A stretch of 64,000 bases of DNA, taken from contig OZ024740.1 of NCBI GenBank assembly GCA_964016885.1, forward strand, positions 229,152,001 to 229,216,000. Direction: 5' to 3'. Below the pieces are notes generated by a model. It did no database searches. It worked only from the letters and a program-made list of their open reading frames with translations, and was not told the DNA's origin. Within the stretch, counting starts at the first letter, position 1; each line of letters starts with the position of its first letter. The position numbers and the translations under genes were made by a program. Shown piece by piece: positions 28,255 to 41,868 of this stretch. Source of the stretch: Eledone cirrhosa (lineage: Eukaryota).

Positions 28255-28955
28255 CACCAACACCAACACCCCTATCCCGCTCCCACTACGACGACGACGA
28301 CCACCACCACCCCCAACACTAGCATCATCACCTCCACATTCACCATCACCACAACGACAACCACCACCACCACCACCACCACCACCACCACCACCACCAC
28401 CACCGCAACCACCACCAACACTACCACCATCAACATAACCACAACCACCACCACCAGCAGCAGCAGCACCACAACCACCACCACCAGTAGCACCACAACC
28501 ATAACTACCACCACCACCGACACTAGCATCATCACCTCCACATTCACAATCACCCCCCCACCACCACCACCACAACCACCAGCAGCACCACCACCATCAC
28601 CATAACCACCACTAGCACCACCACCATCAACACAACCACCACCACCACCACCACCAGCATCATCACCTCCACATTCACCACCATCACCACAACCACCACC
28701 ACCACCAGAATCATCACCACCACATTCACCACCACCACCACAACCACCACCACCACCACCACCACAACCACCACCAGCACCACCACCATCACCACAACCA
28801 CCACCAGCACCACCATCAACGCCACCACCACCACCACCACCACCACCACCACCACCACCAGCATCATCACCTCCACATTCACCATCATCACAACCACAAC
28901 CATCACCAGCACTACCACCATCAACACAAACACAACCATCACCAACACCAGCATC
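28255..28955. repeat. (ACC)n-rich degenerate trinucleotide tract
   Basis: Direct inspection. Confidence 0.9.
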
Positions 28956-29078
28956 ATCGATAAAATAAAGTACCAGTAATACACTGGATAATTGCTGGCC
29001 TTGTGCCAAAAGTAGAAACAATTATTTCCTTTACTCTCACACTAAACTACAGTTATTTAATATACTCAATAAAATAAT

Positions 29079-29261
29079 TGTTTCTACTTTTGACACAAGG
29101 CCAGCAATTATCTCAGTACATTACTGGTACTTTATTTTATCGACCCCGTAAGGATGAAAGGCAAAGTCAACCTCGGCGGGATTTGAACTCAGACCGTAAA
29201 GGGACGTAACTATGCTGCAAAGCATGGCGTCCGACCCTCTACCGATACTGCCAATCCACCG
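29079..29261 (-). mobile_element. SINE family A with 14-bp TSD
   Basis: TSD ctcaataaaataat at 29065-29078 and 29262-29275. Confidence 0.95.
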
Positions 29262-29334
29262 CTCAATAAAATAATACTATCTATTGCATGCATACATGGT
29301 TCCGTAACTCCTGTTGTGCCATACGACGTTCCTA

Positions 29335-29648
29335 GCCAATTTTAAGCCAGGCATCTAGTTTTCTGTCTCCGGGTCTGAACACAGCAACTTTCTTCCAGAG
29401 AAAGATAAAAATGAGAGAGGGAAAGCGAGAGAGGGAAAGCGAGAGAGAGAGAGAGAGAGGGGGGAGGGGGGGAGAAAGAGATATAGAGGAAGAATCGACC
29501 TCAGTACTAGACTGATACATTTTTACTGACCTCGAATGGATGAAAGGCATAGTTGACCTCGGCGGGATTTGAACTCAGGGAGTAGACAGACGGACTAATA
29601 CCATAAAGCATTCTATTCGACGTTCTAACGACTTTGCTAATCCACCAT
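29335..29648 (-). mobile_element. SINE A-related subfamily with internal (CT)n
   Basis: Counterpart of 16858-17100. Confidence 0.7.
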
Positions 29649-29899
29649 CTAAGTATTATTTAATTGTCAATAAAATAAAGTACCAGTAATGTACTGGGTA
29701 ATTGCTGGCCTTGTGCCTAAAGTAGAAACAATTATTTAATTGTTATTCTAATGGAGAAAATATTTACTTAGATGTTGGTTTATTAAACAATTGTGTGTAA
29801 ATCAGCTCAGGTTTTCTCAAAACAAACAACGATCTTTAGCCATAAATATACATGTTGACTTTCTACTGTATCATAGTATTGTTATACAAATATCAAACA

Positions 29900-29938
<39 letters not shown>

Positions 29939-30058
29939 GGGGGGGGGGTACGGAGAGAGAGACAGTGAGAGAAAAGGAGTGAGAGAATGAGAGAAAGATT
30001 GGTTAGCGATTTATAAATAAATAAATAAACACACACATATATGCGTGTGTGTGCATGT

Positions 30059-30105
<47 letters not shown>

Positions 30106-30106
30106 A

Positions 30107-30138
<32 letters not shown>

Positions 30139-30250
30139 TGAGAGAGAGTCAGAAAAGAGGAAATGTACTTTTCCTTCTTTTATCATTGCGCATGCATAAC
30201 CAGAAACTTTGAGATTTCACACTGAAAGAATTCCATTAATATATTATATA

Positions 30251-30402
<152 letters not shown>

Positions 30403-30608
30403 CGTGTGTGTGTGTGTATGTGTGCGTGTGTGTGTGTGTGCGTGCGTGCGTGTGTGTGTGTGCGTGTGCATATATACGTATGGATGTATTCGTGAGTGAA
30501 TAATTATAATATTATAATAATATTATCAATATTCGGTTGGTTTGCAAACAAACAGCTTCGTATCATCATGTGTGATTTTTCGATGGCTGACATCATCCTT
30601 TTGTTTCA

Positions 30609-30659
30609 GCTTTCCTGATGATTAAAAAAAAAATGAAACAGTTATAGTCCTATAGAAGC
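30609..30659 (+). ncRNA. Degenerate hammerhead (family of 25910/42986)
   Basis: gctttc CTGATGA ttaaaaaaaaaat GAAA cagttatagtccta TA gaagc; stem II lost. Confidence 0.45.
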
Positions 30660-30676
30660 TATTTCTATGTTAAACA

Positions 30677-30736
<60 letters not shown>

Positions 30737-30891
30737 CTGTGGATGAATTTATATCCTGATTCTCTTTTGAGATGAGTTTGAATTATTTTTCCGAAATCTT
30801 ACGTTAACTACTTTTCCCATCTTGACGTTATAGTCGCATATATGTTATAGAATACTGTTAGCTTCTCGCTAAAACAATCTCTATACCTCTC

Positions 30892-30939
<48 letters not shown>

Positions 30940-31561
30940 CACACATATATATATTACACATACAGAATGAGGAAAATGCGAAGTTGTAGATATTAAAGTG
31001 TCTTTTATTAATTGAGCTGTTATACATATTTCATATAATTATGTGAGAATGTGTGTATTTATGGATAATGCGTGTGTGTGTGTGTCTGTGTATATGTGTC
31101 TGTAAAGATATATATAGAGATAGATAGATAGAGAAAGAGAGAGAGTGTGAGTGAAAGAGAGAGAGAGAGCGAGCGGTTTGTGAGTGAAAGAAAGAGAGAG
31201 AGAGAGCGGTTTGTCTGTGTGTTTACATACAGAATAGCTGGACACTCACAGTAAAGTGTCCAGTGAAAAACTCGGTACATCTACATATGTACACGTGTGT
31301 GTATTCATATGCATACTAGTATTTCAGTATACATATGTGGATGTACATTTTTAATTTAATTGTTTAAGCGTCAGTCATACAAAAGTGAGTTACAAACGAA
31401 ACGAAATTTAATTTCGTTTCGTTATTTGTTTTTATCGTCTCCGCTGAACCGGTACGTACTCACGCTCTATGCAAATTAGTCTGCCCACTACTAATTTTCA
31501 TAGAAAAAGCATATAACGATATGTGCTTTTACGATTCTCTAGAAAGGCCGGAAGATAGGTA

Positions 31562-31606
31562 AATATTGCTGATGAGATGTAACAACATCGAAACTAGTCC
31601 AATATT
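31562..31606 (+). ncRNA. Canonical minimal type I hammerhead (GUC site)
   Basis: aatattg CTGATGA gatgt-aaca-acatc GAAA ctag TC caatatt; 7-bp stem I, 5-bp stem II, palindromic loop 3. Confidence 0.9.
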
Positions 31607-32027
31607 CCTTGTCTGGCTTTCTGGAGAATAGAGGAAAGGTGTTTCCTCGAAAACCAGTATGACTCTAAAAACCGGTTTGTCTGTGTGTTTACATACAGAA
31701 TAGCTGGACACTCACAGTAAAGTGTCCAGTGAAAAACTCGGTACATCTACATATGTACACGTGTGTGTATTCATATGCATACTAGTATTTCAGTATACAT
31801 ATGTGGATGTACATTTTTAATTTAATTGTTTAAGCGTCAGTCATACAAAAGTGAGTTACAAACGAAACGAAATTTAATTTCGTTTCGTTATTTGTTTTTA
31901 TCGTCTCCGCTGAACCGGTACGTACTCACGCTCTATGCAAATTAGTCTGCCCACTACTAATTTTCATAGAAAAAGCATATAACGATATGTGCTTTTACGA
32001 TTCTCTAGAAAGGCCGGAAGATAGGTA

Positions 32028-32072
32028 AATATTGCTGATGAGATGTAACAACATCGAAACTAGTCCAATATT
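32028..32072 (+). ncRNA. Canonical minimal type I hammerhead (second copy)
   Basis: Identical to 31562-31606. Confidence 0.9.
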
Positions 32073-32360
32073 CCTTGTCTGGCTTTCTGGAGAATAGAGG
32101 AAAGGTGTTTCCTCGAAAACCAGTATGACTCTAAAAACCGGTTTGTCTGTGTGTTTACATACAGAATAGCTGGACACTCACAGTAAAGTGTCCAGTGAAA
32201 AACTCGGTACATCTACATATGTACACGTGTGTGTATTCATATGCATACTAGTATTTCAGTATACATATGTGGATGTACATTTTTAATTTAATTGTTTAAG
32301 CGTCAGTCATACAAAAGTGAGTTACAAACGAAACGAAATTTAATTTCGTTTCGTTATTTG

Positions 32361-32454
<94 letters not shown>

Positions 32455-32458
<4 letters not shown>

Positions 32459-32760
32459 CGTTTCTGAATTTGTTTAGCAAGATTCTTTATCTGAAAACGT
32501 GTGTTGAAACCGATATTGTTATACTTTGGGAGAGTCCTGTTGCCAATAAGAAACACACGCACCAGTTGCTTTCACTTCAATTTATTATAAATTAAATTAT
32601 AAATTTAAAAATTTATAAAATTTCGGTTGGTTGGTTGGTTCCACACCGGATGGTTGTTCATATATTATCAAAGTTCTTTCGTCACACATTCTGTGACCTC
32701 TTTAGTGACTGGGGATTCTTTTTCTTTGTATTGTGCCTCTCCTTTGTTCTGTCCGTGACA
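32455..32760 (-). mobile_element. PLE pLTR-related fragment with a core-mutated HHR (32667-32709)
   Basis: 3' end resembles 24710-24790; minus strand gtca CTAAAGA g-gtcaca-gaatg-tgtgac GAAA gaac TT tgat. Confidence 0.65.
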
Positions 32761-32896
32761 ATAAATACTTAACTCTCAATAGGTCTCAGTCACACACCTT
32801 TCCTATCAACGAACTGGCGGTAAATATCTATCAATTATTTGATGAAATAAAAGGGACAGATAAGACCCCGAAAAACTTTGTCGGAATAAACAAAAA

Positions 32897-33081
32897 TAAT
32901 TGTTTCTACTTTTGGCACAAGGCCAGCAATTACCCCAGTGTATTACTGGTACTTTATCTTATCGACCCTGTAACGATGAAAGGCAAAGTTAACCTCGGCG
33001 GGATTTGAACTCAGACCACAAAGGGCCGTAACTCTTTGCTGCAAAGCATGGCGTCCGACCCTCTACCGATACTGCCAATCC
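32897..33081 (-). mobile_element. SINE family A
   Basis: Full body; short aaaataat TSD. Confidence 0.92.
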
Positions 33082-33838
33082 AAAAATAATAACAGTTGAA
33101 AACTTTACTAAGAGCATGGGTGCTGAACTTTTGGTATGCACACCCAAGGTCGCTTATGAAAACATTTTATTGGCAAGCGGCAGATATATTTTTTGTTGGT
33201 GGTTTTATAAAATAGAAATCTACAAATTCCTCCTTCATAAAATACTTAAAAAGGATGACAAAAAGAAAAAATACGGATTATACGATGTTCATTATTAGAA
33301 GGGGACCATATGGTCAAGGCGATTATATTTATATTAGAGTTTACTGGTATTACTTTTCATTAAAATTTTGTCAACAAAGACTTATTTAAGATCGTCTTTA
33401 AATATTTTAAAAGCAGTGAATTTGTGAAGCCGTTTCTTGAAGCAACCGTCACTAATTACACTTCATATATATACTGTATATATTAATACATGGAGTTAGT
33501 TGAAATGTCAATGAACTATTAGTTTAATTGCCATTGTGACCAATGTATGTATTCTTCATTATCATTTAATCATGTAAGACCTGCAAACATTAAGACAAGG
33601 AGATATATGCTATGGTTTCAAAGACTATGAAACAAATAGTTGCTTGAAAGCTCAACTAATAACATGTATTAAAATATACGGGTTTACATATCGAGGACTC
33701 ATTCGATCCTAATCATCGAGCAAACTGGCATCACACATTTAATACCACCTTAATGCACGAAATTGTATGCCAGCAAAGTGGCTGGCCAGGTAAAGATGCA
33801 GCTGGCTGTTCGTCTTTTGTGACTGTATTTCTCCTGAT

Positions 33839-33904
<66 letters not shown>

Positions 33905-33966
33905 CGCTACATGCGATCATTTCTTGATAAACTGGCATATATCTAAGTGAGTATGTATGCATGTGA

Positions 33967-34011
<45 letters not shown>

Positions 34012-34018
34012 CATGTGA

Positions 34019-34096
<78 letters not shown>

Positions 34097-34257
34097 GTAT
34101 GTATAGTCACACACCCGTACGTACATTAATGAGGATACATACATACATTCATACATATATACATACATACATATACATATATACATTCATACATACATAC
34201 ATACATACATACATACATACAAACATACATTCATACATACATACATTCATACATACA

Positions 34258-34291
<34 letters not shown>

Positions 34292-34705
34292 CATACATAC
34301 ATACATACATTCATACATACATACATTCATACATACATACATACATACATACATACATACACATACGTATAGCCATTCACTAAGTCACCTCTCTTACAAT
34401 TCCAATACAAAACAAATACCATGAATTCGATGAGCGTATAAATTATTGATCTCGATCGATCGGATGCGTTGATCACCATGCCTGGCTAACTACTAACTGC
34501 ACATTCCTTTTGAAACAACCATTAATTACTTAGACACAGGGATTGTGTGTGGGAATCGAACTGTGTTAGGGAGAACACTATCGATAAGTAATTTTCAACA
34601 TATAATATAAAACTTCTGATTTATATTTTATGTTTATATATATTTACTTATTCATTTCTCTTTATGTATGCATATATATATATATATATGTGTGTCTGTG
34701 TGTGC

Positions 34706-34773
<68 letters not shown>

Positions 34774-35067
34774 ATATATATATTTTTTTATAATGTTTTT
34801 GTTATATACTTTTTGTTTTCCTGATTTGCGTTCAAAATCGGTGTTTATAATATCAATCAATTTTTCGTTTCAGAAGTTCGATTTCTAAAACTTCTCTAAA
34901 GCAGGGTGATTTTAATGTTGTTATTCTGATATATATACACATGCATACACTTTCTCACATAATTATTCATATGTATATATATATATATACGTATACATAT
35001 ACATTCCCATGCAATTATATATATATATATATAGACATATACATACGCATTCTCACATAATTATCCA

Positions 35068-35149
<82 letters not shown>

Positions 35150-35168
35150 CACATTTCCACGAAATTAT

Positions 35169-35226
<58 letters not shown>

Positions 35227-35326
35227 ATTATGGATATGGATTATATAACACATATATACAGTCATGCACACAACCATATAAACGTGTTGAATTATGTTTA
35301 CATGGATGTCTTATATATATGTATAC

Positions 35327-35375
<49 letters not shown>

Positions 35376-35409
35376 TACATACATATATCTATATAGATAT
35401 AGATATATG

Positions 35410-35469
<60 letters not shown>

Positions 35470-35655
35470 GATATAGATATATGTATGTATATATATATAT
35501 ATATACATACATATATCTATATCTATATATATATGAAAATATATATGTATATATATATATATAAATAAATAAATATATCTCTCTCTCTCTCTATATATAT
35601 ATATATACATATATATATATACATATATCTATATCTATATATATATATAAAAATA

Positions 35656-35699
<44 letters not shown>

Positions 35700-35726
35700 T
35701 ATATATGTATATTGACTTATGTTTCG

Positions 35727-35786
<60 letters not shown>

Positions 35787-36172
35787 GATATAGATATATG
35801 TATGTATATATATATATATATATACATACATATATCTATATCTATATATATATGAAAATATATATGTATATATATATATATAAATAAATAAATATATATC
35901 TCTCTCTCTCTATATATATATATATACATATATATATATACATATATCTATATCTATATATATATATAAAAATATATATGTATATATATATATATATATA
36001 GATATAGATAGGTAAATATACACGGGTGTGTATGATTGTGTATAGAAGATTATATTAATAAGAGGAATTCCAACTTTGTCTGATTTACTCGTTTTATTTA
36101 CAATCCTTTAAAATATATATAATGGTATTATAATGAAATAGTATGATAGAATATTAAATTCTAAGTGTTAAT

Positions 36173-36211
36173 TGAACAAGTACTTTCATGCTTTCGCAAT
36201 CTTCAGGTTCA
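36173..36211 (-). ncRNA. Minimal hammerhead (mirror copy)
   Basis: Reverse complement of 36299-36337. Confidence 0.75.
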
Positions 36212-36298
36212 TGATATGTGGTGACAGTCGAGTTTGCAATTTTCAACTGTGGAAAATTCACAGTTGAAAATTGCAAACTCGACTGTCACCACATATCA

Positions 36299-36337
36299 TG
36301 AACCTGAAGATTGCGAAAGCATGAAAGTACTTGTTCA
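36299..36337 (+). ncRNA. Minimal type I hammerhead
   Basis: tgaac CTGAAGA t-tgc-gaaa-gca-t GAAA gtac TT gttca. Confidence 0.78.
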
Positions 36338-36451
36338 ATTAACACTTAGAATTTAATATTCTATCATACTATTTCATTATAATACCATTATATATATTTT
36401 AAAGGATTGTAAATAAAACGAGTAAATCAGACAAAGTTGGAATTCCTCTTA

Positions 36452-36489
<38 letters not shown>

Positions 36490-36674
36490 CATATATATCA
36501 TCGTCAGCAGCAGTATTATCATCATTTTAAGGTGCGCCTTCCCTGGTAGTAAGGTTAGGACCAAGTCATTACTGACTCCATTGATAGGCTGGTGGTGGGG
36601 GCGTGGAGGGGAGGGGAGCGGATCTGCATCTCGCTTACGTACCATTTCACGTTCTAACTAGTCTACAGGAGTTG

Positions 36675-36753
<79 letters not shown>

Positions 36754-36841
36754 AGATAAGTTTATCCCGGGTTCAATCAGGGGTAACCACAGTACGTAAG
36801 GTACTCAATACAAAGCAGAGTGTAAATAATATTTAATATAG

Positions 36842-36890
36842 GGTTTCCTGATGATTTTCTCCGAATGAAACAGTTCTAGTCCTGTAGAAG

Positions 36891-36892
<2 letters not shown>
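36842..36892 (+). ncRNA. Type I hammerhead (family of 25910/42986)
   Basis: ggtttc CTGATGA ttttctccgaat GAAA cag-ttctagtc-ctg TA gaagcc; element 36753-36893 in (TA)n with an inverted 3' piece. Confidence 0.7.
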
Positions 36893-36985
<93 letters not shown>

Positions 36986-37004
36986 TGTGTGTGTGTCTGT
37001 CTGT

Positions 37005-37037
<33 letters not shown>

Positions 37038-37309
37038 CTGTCTGTTGTGTGTGTGGGTGTGTGTGTGTCTGTCTGTTGTGTGTGTGTGTATGTGTGTGAG
37101 TGTATGTGTGTGTGTGTGTATGCAAAAGTAATGTTTTTTAGGTGACAAGAAGACACATAGGACATTAAATGTAAGCAGTAACATTCCTGCATGAGAACGG
37201 CACAAGATATGCTGCTACGAATTAGTTCATTGAACCTGTAGTTTAATGAAAGAATTTTAGATCGAAATATTAAGAACTACTGAACCATTTAACGTTTAAT
37301 GTTTCCATT

Positions 37310-37640
37310 TGCTCCAATCGTTGCAAGAACTCAAATGTGGCAAGGCCGCTGGGGAAAATGAAATCTCTTCCGAGATGTTAAAATCCTTAAATAGAGAAAG
37401 AATTCTCTGGATGACTCGTGTGTGATTGGTGGCCTGGATTTCTGGAAAGGCATCTAAGCAATGGCAATGAGGAGATATAATCCCAGTTTTCAAAAAGGGA
37501 GACAAGAGAGATTGTTCCAATTATATAAGGATCTCCGAGTTAAGCCTTCCCGGTAAAGTCTATGCTAAGTGTCTAGCAAAGAAGTGCTGGAAAATTGTTC
37601 GAGTCCATGGTAACTAATGAGCAGAGCGGCTTCAGTCTCC
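37310..37640 (+). mobile_element. RTE-type RT N-terminal fragment
   Basis: LKCGKAAGENEISSEMLK ... IIPVFKKGDKRDCSNYIRISELSLPGKVYAK ... EQSGF. Confidence 0.8.
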
Positions 37641-38056
37641 AACTGATCTGATTGGATCCTCAAGCGTGACCAGCCAAGCTCATGGATGTTATCCCACCAT
37701 CTTGCTCGGGGTCTACACCTGGGTCTCCTGCCGGTTGGTTTTTCTCTGTAAAATCAGGGAGTTTTTCCTGAGATATTCTAACCATTTGTCCATGTATCCA
37801 TGTGTATATATCTATATCTATCTATCTCTCTATATATATATACACTTCAATGAATATGAGAAGGCCAGATTCCAATAACTACCTTATTGTTGCATTATAC
37901 GCATTTCTGTGGCCGATCGATTTACCTCATCAGATGGTATTTTGCAGATTTAATTAAGTAATTCTTACAGGGGCACAGCAAAAATATAAACAAAGAAGAA
38001 ATGATACGTGCCTCCCAATCTAGCCCTGTTATCACTAGATGCATGAAACTAATTCC

Positions 38057-38123
<67 letters not shown>

Positions 38124-38128
<5 letters not shown>

Positions 38129-38565
38129 GGAATTAGCTCAATGCATAGCTGTATACATCTAAATCTAAAGAAATTTCGGTATGTTCATCCATAAACATAC
38201 CGTATTTCTTTAGAAATACGAAATTTCAATACATATCTCTCTACAACTATGCATGAAGCTAATTCCTAATTCTCTTCTATTATAAGTTGAACCAACTTAT
38301 GCAGCTTCATATGCAAATGAGATAGATCACCTCATTTACACAGACGAGAAAACCATATATTCTCGCCTGTTTTCAAGCCAAGGAGTTGCAAGTCTGGGAG
38401 GGATCGTCCTGATGAGGACAAGTTACGTTCGAAATTCATTGACGATTGTCCCCTTTGCTTCTGCTGGACACCACCAGAGGGCGATAGACCCGGTGTTTTG
38501 CATAACTCCGGCTTTCTAAATGTTTATCCATAAACATACCGTATTTCTTTAGAAATACGAAATTT

Positions 38566-38570
<5 letters not shown>
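38124..38570 (+). mobile_element. HHR element, 339-bp period 1.x-mer between (TA)n tracts
   Basis: atccataaacataccgtatttc at 38187 and 38526; homologous to 7339-7610. Confidence 0.7.
38403..38446 (+). ncRNA. Minimal type I hammerhead
   Basis: atcgtc CTGATGA ggac-aagttac-gttc GAAA ttca TT gacgat. Confidence 0.75.
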
Positions 38571-38613
<43 letters not shown>

Positions 38614-38808
38614 CACTGGAATACTTCCTTTATTTTCGTCAGAAAAAGCGGTATTAATCTCGAAATATCAGGACAAATGAATAAGTTAAGGTAAAAAAAA
38701 AAACAAGCACTGTTTCTTATTTATTCTCCGTCCAAACCCGCATTGCCGTGACTTTCAAACTTAGAATTTCTTTATACCATATACAATGCTTCAAGTAAAC
38801 TACAAATT

Positions 38809-38840
<32 letters not shown>

Positions 38841-38842
<2 letters not shown>

Positions 38843-39035
38843 CTGCTACTGGACAAGACCTGTTTCATTCGTATGAAACCCTCAGGATTTCGGGAAATTT
38901 CTGATGATTTCATAGGAATGAAACAGTTCTAATCCTTATAAAGTCTTTTCTACAAGAAATAAAATATGCCTATACTCTACCAATGCAATGAGTACCCTTT
39001 TTAATTGTTGTACCGCCTGACACAAGTCGGGAATC
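38841..39035. mobile_element. Decayed head-to-head pair of the 25910-family HHR element
   Basis: Plus ctgatgatttcataggaatgaaacag (38901) and inverted ctgtttcattcgtatgaaaccctcag (38860). Confidence 0.6.
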
Positions 39036-39063
39036 TTTCTCTCTCTCTCTATATATATATATA

Positions 39064-39700
39064 CTAGCGGCCTCCCACTTCACCCTGGTCTGTACTGTGC
39101 TCTAATCTATTTATAATTTACCTATTAGCATCTATCGCAATGTCCATGTTTCGTAAAATAAAAGATATTAGAAGGTATTTAAATATTGCATAACAGAATC
39201 TTTAAAAAATATCTAGAATATCTAAATACAGAAAGTAATAAAGAAAATATTAGAAAAATATATGCTACGAAAATCATAAAACATTTACAGATATTTAGTG
39301 TATACAATATTTTTAACATTTTTCTTCGTAGTTTGTGGGGTCTTTTACTCTGGCACAACCTACACACAATTGACGATGTGAGAAACAGCCCTCTTCTAGA
39401 TGGAGACTGACAAGCTGCAGTGTTTAACCTTGGGACTTGTTAATGGTCGTTGCGTAACCGACTCTCACTGGGAATTGCAAACGTTTGAAACGGAAGGGAC
39501 CATCTTTTGGTATTAGTGGAATTCTGGGTATAAATATGATGTCCCCCATACTACATCCAGTGAGGTGTTAGGATTTGATAATGTGAGGCTATGGTTCAAT
39601 CACAACCATACGTGTTCCATTACGCGATTATGGCCGATTCAGGTTTCTGAGAAGCATGATGATTGTGCCCTTCTTCAGTTCAAAGTTGTGTAACCAAAAA
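39064..39700 (-). mobile_element. Helitron 3' remnant (Pif1-like helicase C-terminus)
   Basis: Minus strand: [54 protein letters not shown]; ends in a GC-rich stretch plus CTAG|T at 39064-39067. Confidence 0.88.
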
Positions 39701-39859
39701 CGAACAGTCAGAGCAAAGGCGGGCAGCGCCCAGCCTAGGGAAGCCGAAGGACAGCAAGAACGAACGGTTGGTCGCTGATTCTACATTCAAACTTCTCCCT
39801 CCTAAAACAAGGAAATAAAAGAAATTATTACTTTTGGTTGGTCTGTGCAATTAATAATC

Positions 39860-39978
39860 AACAGTTATATAATTATATAACTAACAGTGATATAATTATA
39901 TAACCAACAGTGATATAATTATATAACTAACAGTGATATAATTATATAACTAACAGTGATATAATTATATAACCAACA
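39860..39978. repeat. 23-bp minisatellite, ~5 copies
   Basis: aacagtgatataattatataac(t/c). Confidence 0.85.
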
Positions 39979-40080
39979 AATGATGTCTGAAGTAGGGATT
40001 ATGGGGGATGTCTTAGTTCTAATATACATATTTAGTTCATGATTGGCTTTTGTTTTCTGGGTATATTATTTAAGTATAGG

Positions 40081-40263
40081 GCGGTGGATTGGCAGTATGA
40101 GTAAAGGGTCGGACACCATGCTTTCCAGCATAGTTACGTCCCTTTATGATCTGAGTTCAAATCCCGCCGAGGTTGACTTTGCCTTTCATCCTTACGAGGT
40201 CGATAAAATAAAGTACCAGTAATGCACTGGGTAATTGCTGGCCTTGTGCCTAAAGTAGAAACA
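40081..40263 (+). mobile_element. SINE family A with 16-bp TSD
   Basis: TSD attatttaagtatagg at 40065-40080 and 40264-40279. Confidence 0.95.
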
Positions 40264-40404
40264 ATTATTTAAGTATAGGACATTCAATGATTGCTTTGCA
40301 TTTGTTCTGGGTGTGTCTGCGTTTGGATTTGTGTGTTTGACGGTCCTACTTGCTTTTTTGCTCTCTCTCTCTCTCTCGCTCACACGCACACACGCACACA
40401 CACA

Positions 40405-40502
<98 letters not shown>

Positions 40503-40593
40503 GTGTATATATATGTAATGTATGTATGTATATTTAGGGTAGTTATGATGGTGAGGAGGAGACTGATTGAAACAATAACGTTCTTATTTATGT

Positions 40594-40672
<79 letters not shown>

Positions 40673-40673
40673 C

Positions 40674-40864
40674 GATATTAATAAATGGAAACTATATTTA
40701 TAAAACCATATTTATTTCATTATACATATTTCAGGGATACCACATTAAATATATTGCATTTTATCTGATGAAGGCATACATACCATAATTTAATGTGGTA
40801 TCCCTGAAATATGTATAATGAAATAAATATGGTTTTATAAATATAGTTTCCATTTATTAATATC
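40674..40864. mobile_element. Foldback element in (TA)n with an HHR-like core (40757-40820)
   Basis: ~75 bp arms; CTGATGA agg...cct GAAA tatg TA; stem I poor. Confidence 0.6.
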
Positions 40865-40972
40865 TTATATCTACTCCAAAAACTTGTCGAGTGCTTTATA
40901 TCAGTTATAAAAATATTTGCTTGTTGTATCCCAACAATTTTAAATAGAACTTTTGCATATATATATATATAT

Positions 40973-41052
<80 letters not shown>

Positions 41053-41192
41053 TCGCTAGGTGGTGGTATTAGGTTACCCATGGCCTGGGTTAATACTGGC
41101 CGAAACCTATCCAAATTATCAACGGAATGGTGGTGTAGATTCTATTAAAAAAAAAAATATATCTATCTATATATATGTATATATATATATAT

Positions 41193-41208
41193 ATTGACTT
41201 ATGTTTCG

Positions 41209-41260
<52 letters not shown>

Positions 41261-41367
41261 AACGATAGTTATAGCTCTGATTTATCTGAATTATTGAGCC
41301 CTCTGCCACTCATGTCGAATTTGTTTATCGTAAACTCGTGAGCTGATTTTCCGATACTCGATTATTC

Positions 41368-41419
<52 letters not shown>

Positions 41420-41431
41420 CGACTTGTTTCG

Positions 41432-41491
<60 letters not shown>

Positions 41492-41520
41492 TATATATAT
41501 GTATATCGACTTATGTTTCG

Positions 41521-41603
<83 letters not shown>

Positions 41604-41617
41604 TGACTTATGTTTCG

Positions 41618-41666
<49 letters not shown>

Positions 41667-41680
41667 TGACTTATGTTTCG

Positions 41681-41743
<63 letters not shown>

Positions 41744-41757
41744 TGACTTATGTTTCG

Positions 41758-41763
<6 letters not shown>
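41193..41763 (+). repeat. Six copies of attgacttatgtttcgtcacta separated by (TA)n
   Basis: Also at 35711-35732; inverted copy at 41822-41843 is the terminus of an HHR element. Confidence 0.9.
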
Positions 41764-41827
<64 letters not shown>

Positions 41828-41868
41828 CGAAACATAAGTCAATTGTATGAACTCATAATCCTTTATTT

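Larger units (their letters stand above)
31207..32365 (+). mobile_element. Non-LTR retrozyme-like tandem array: 466-bp unit x ~2.5, ending in (TA)n
   Basis: Unit starts at 31207, 31673 and 32139; copies appear identical; one HHR per full unit. Confidence 0.85.
36051..36459. repeat. Apparently perfect foldback, ~200-bp arms with 7-nt spacer, ending in (TA)n
   Basis: Arms 36051-36251 and 36259-36459. Confidence 0.92.

Noticed and set aside
28222-29021. Extensin/mucin-like or Gly-rich ORFs
   Set aside because: (ACC)n low-complexity tract ending in a SINE fragment
37893-37938. Minus-strand CTGATGA..GAAA tgcg TA hammerhead
   Set aside because: Stems I and II pair poorly; at best a decayed relative of 40757
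41050-41115. Possible HHR (stem II, GAAA ccta TC)
   Set aside because: No CUGANGA core; similar weak cases near 25495 and 33726 were also dropped
41193-41763. CRISPR-like repeat-spacer pattern
   Set aside because: Spacers are pure (TA)n; the repeat is an element terminus
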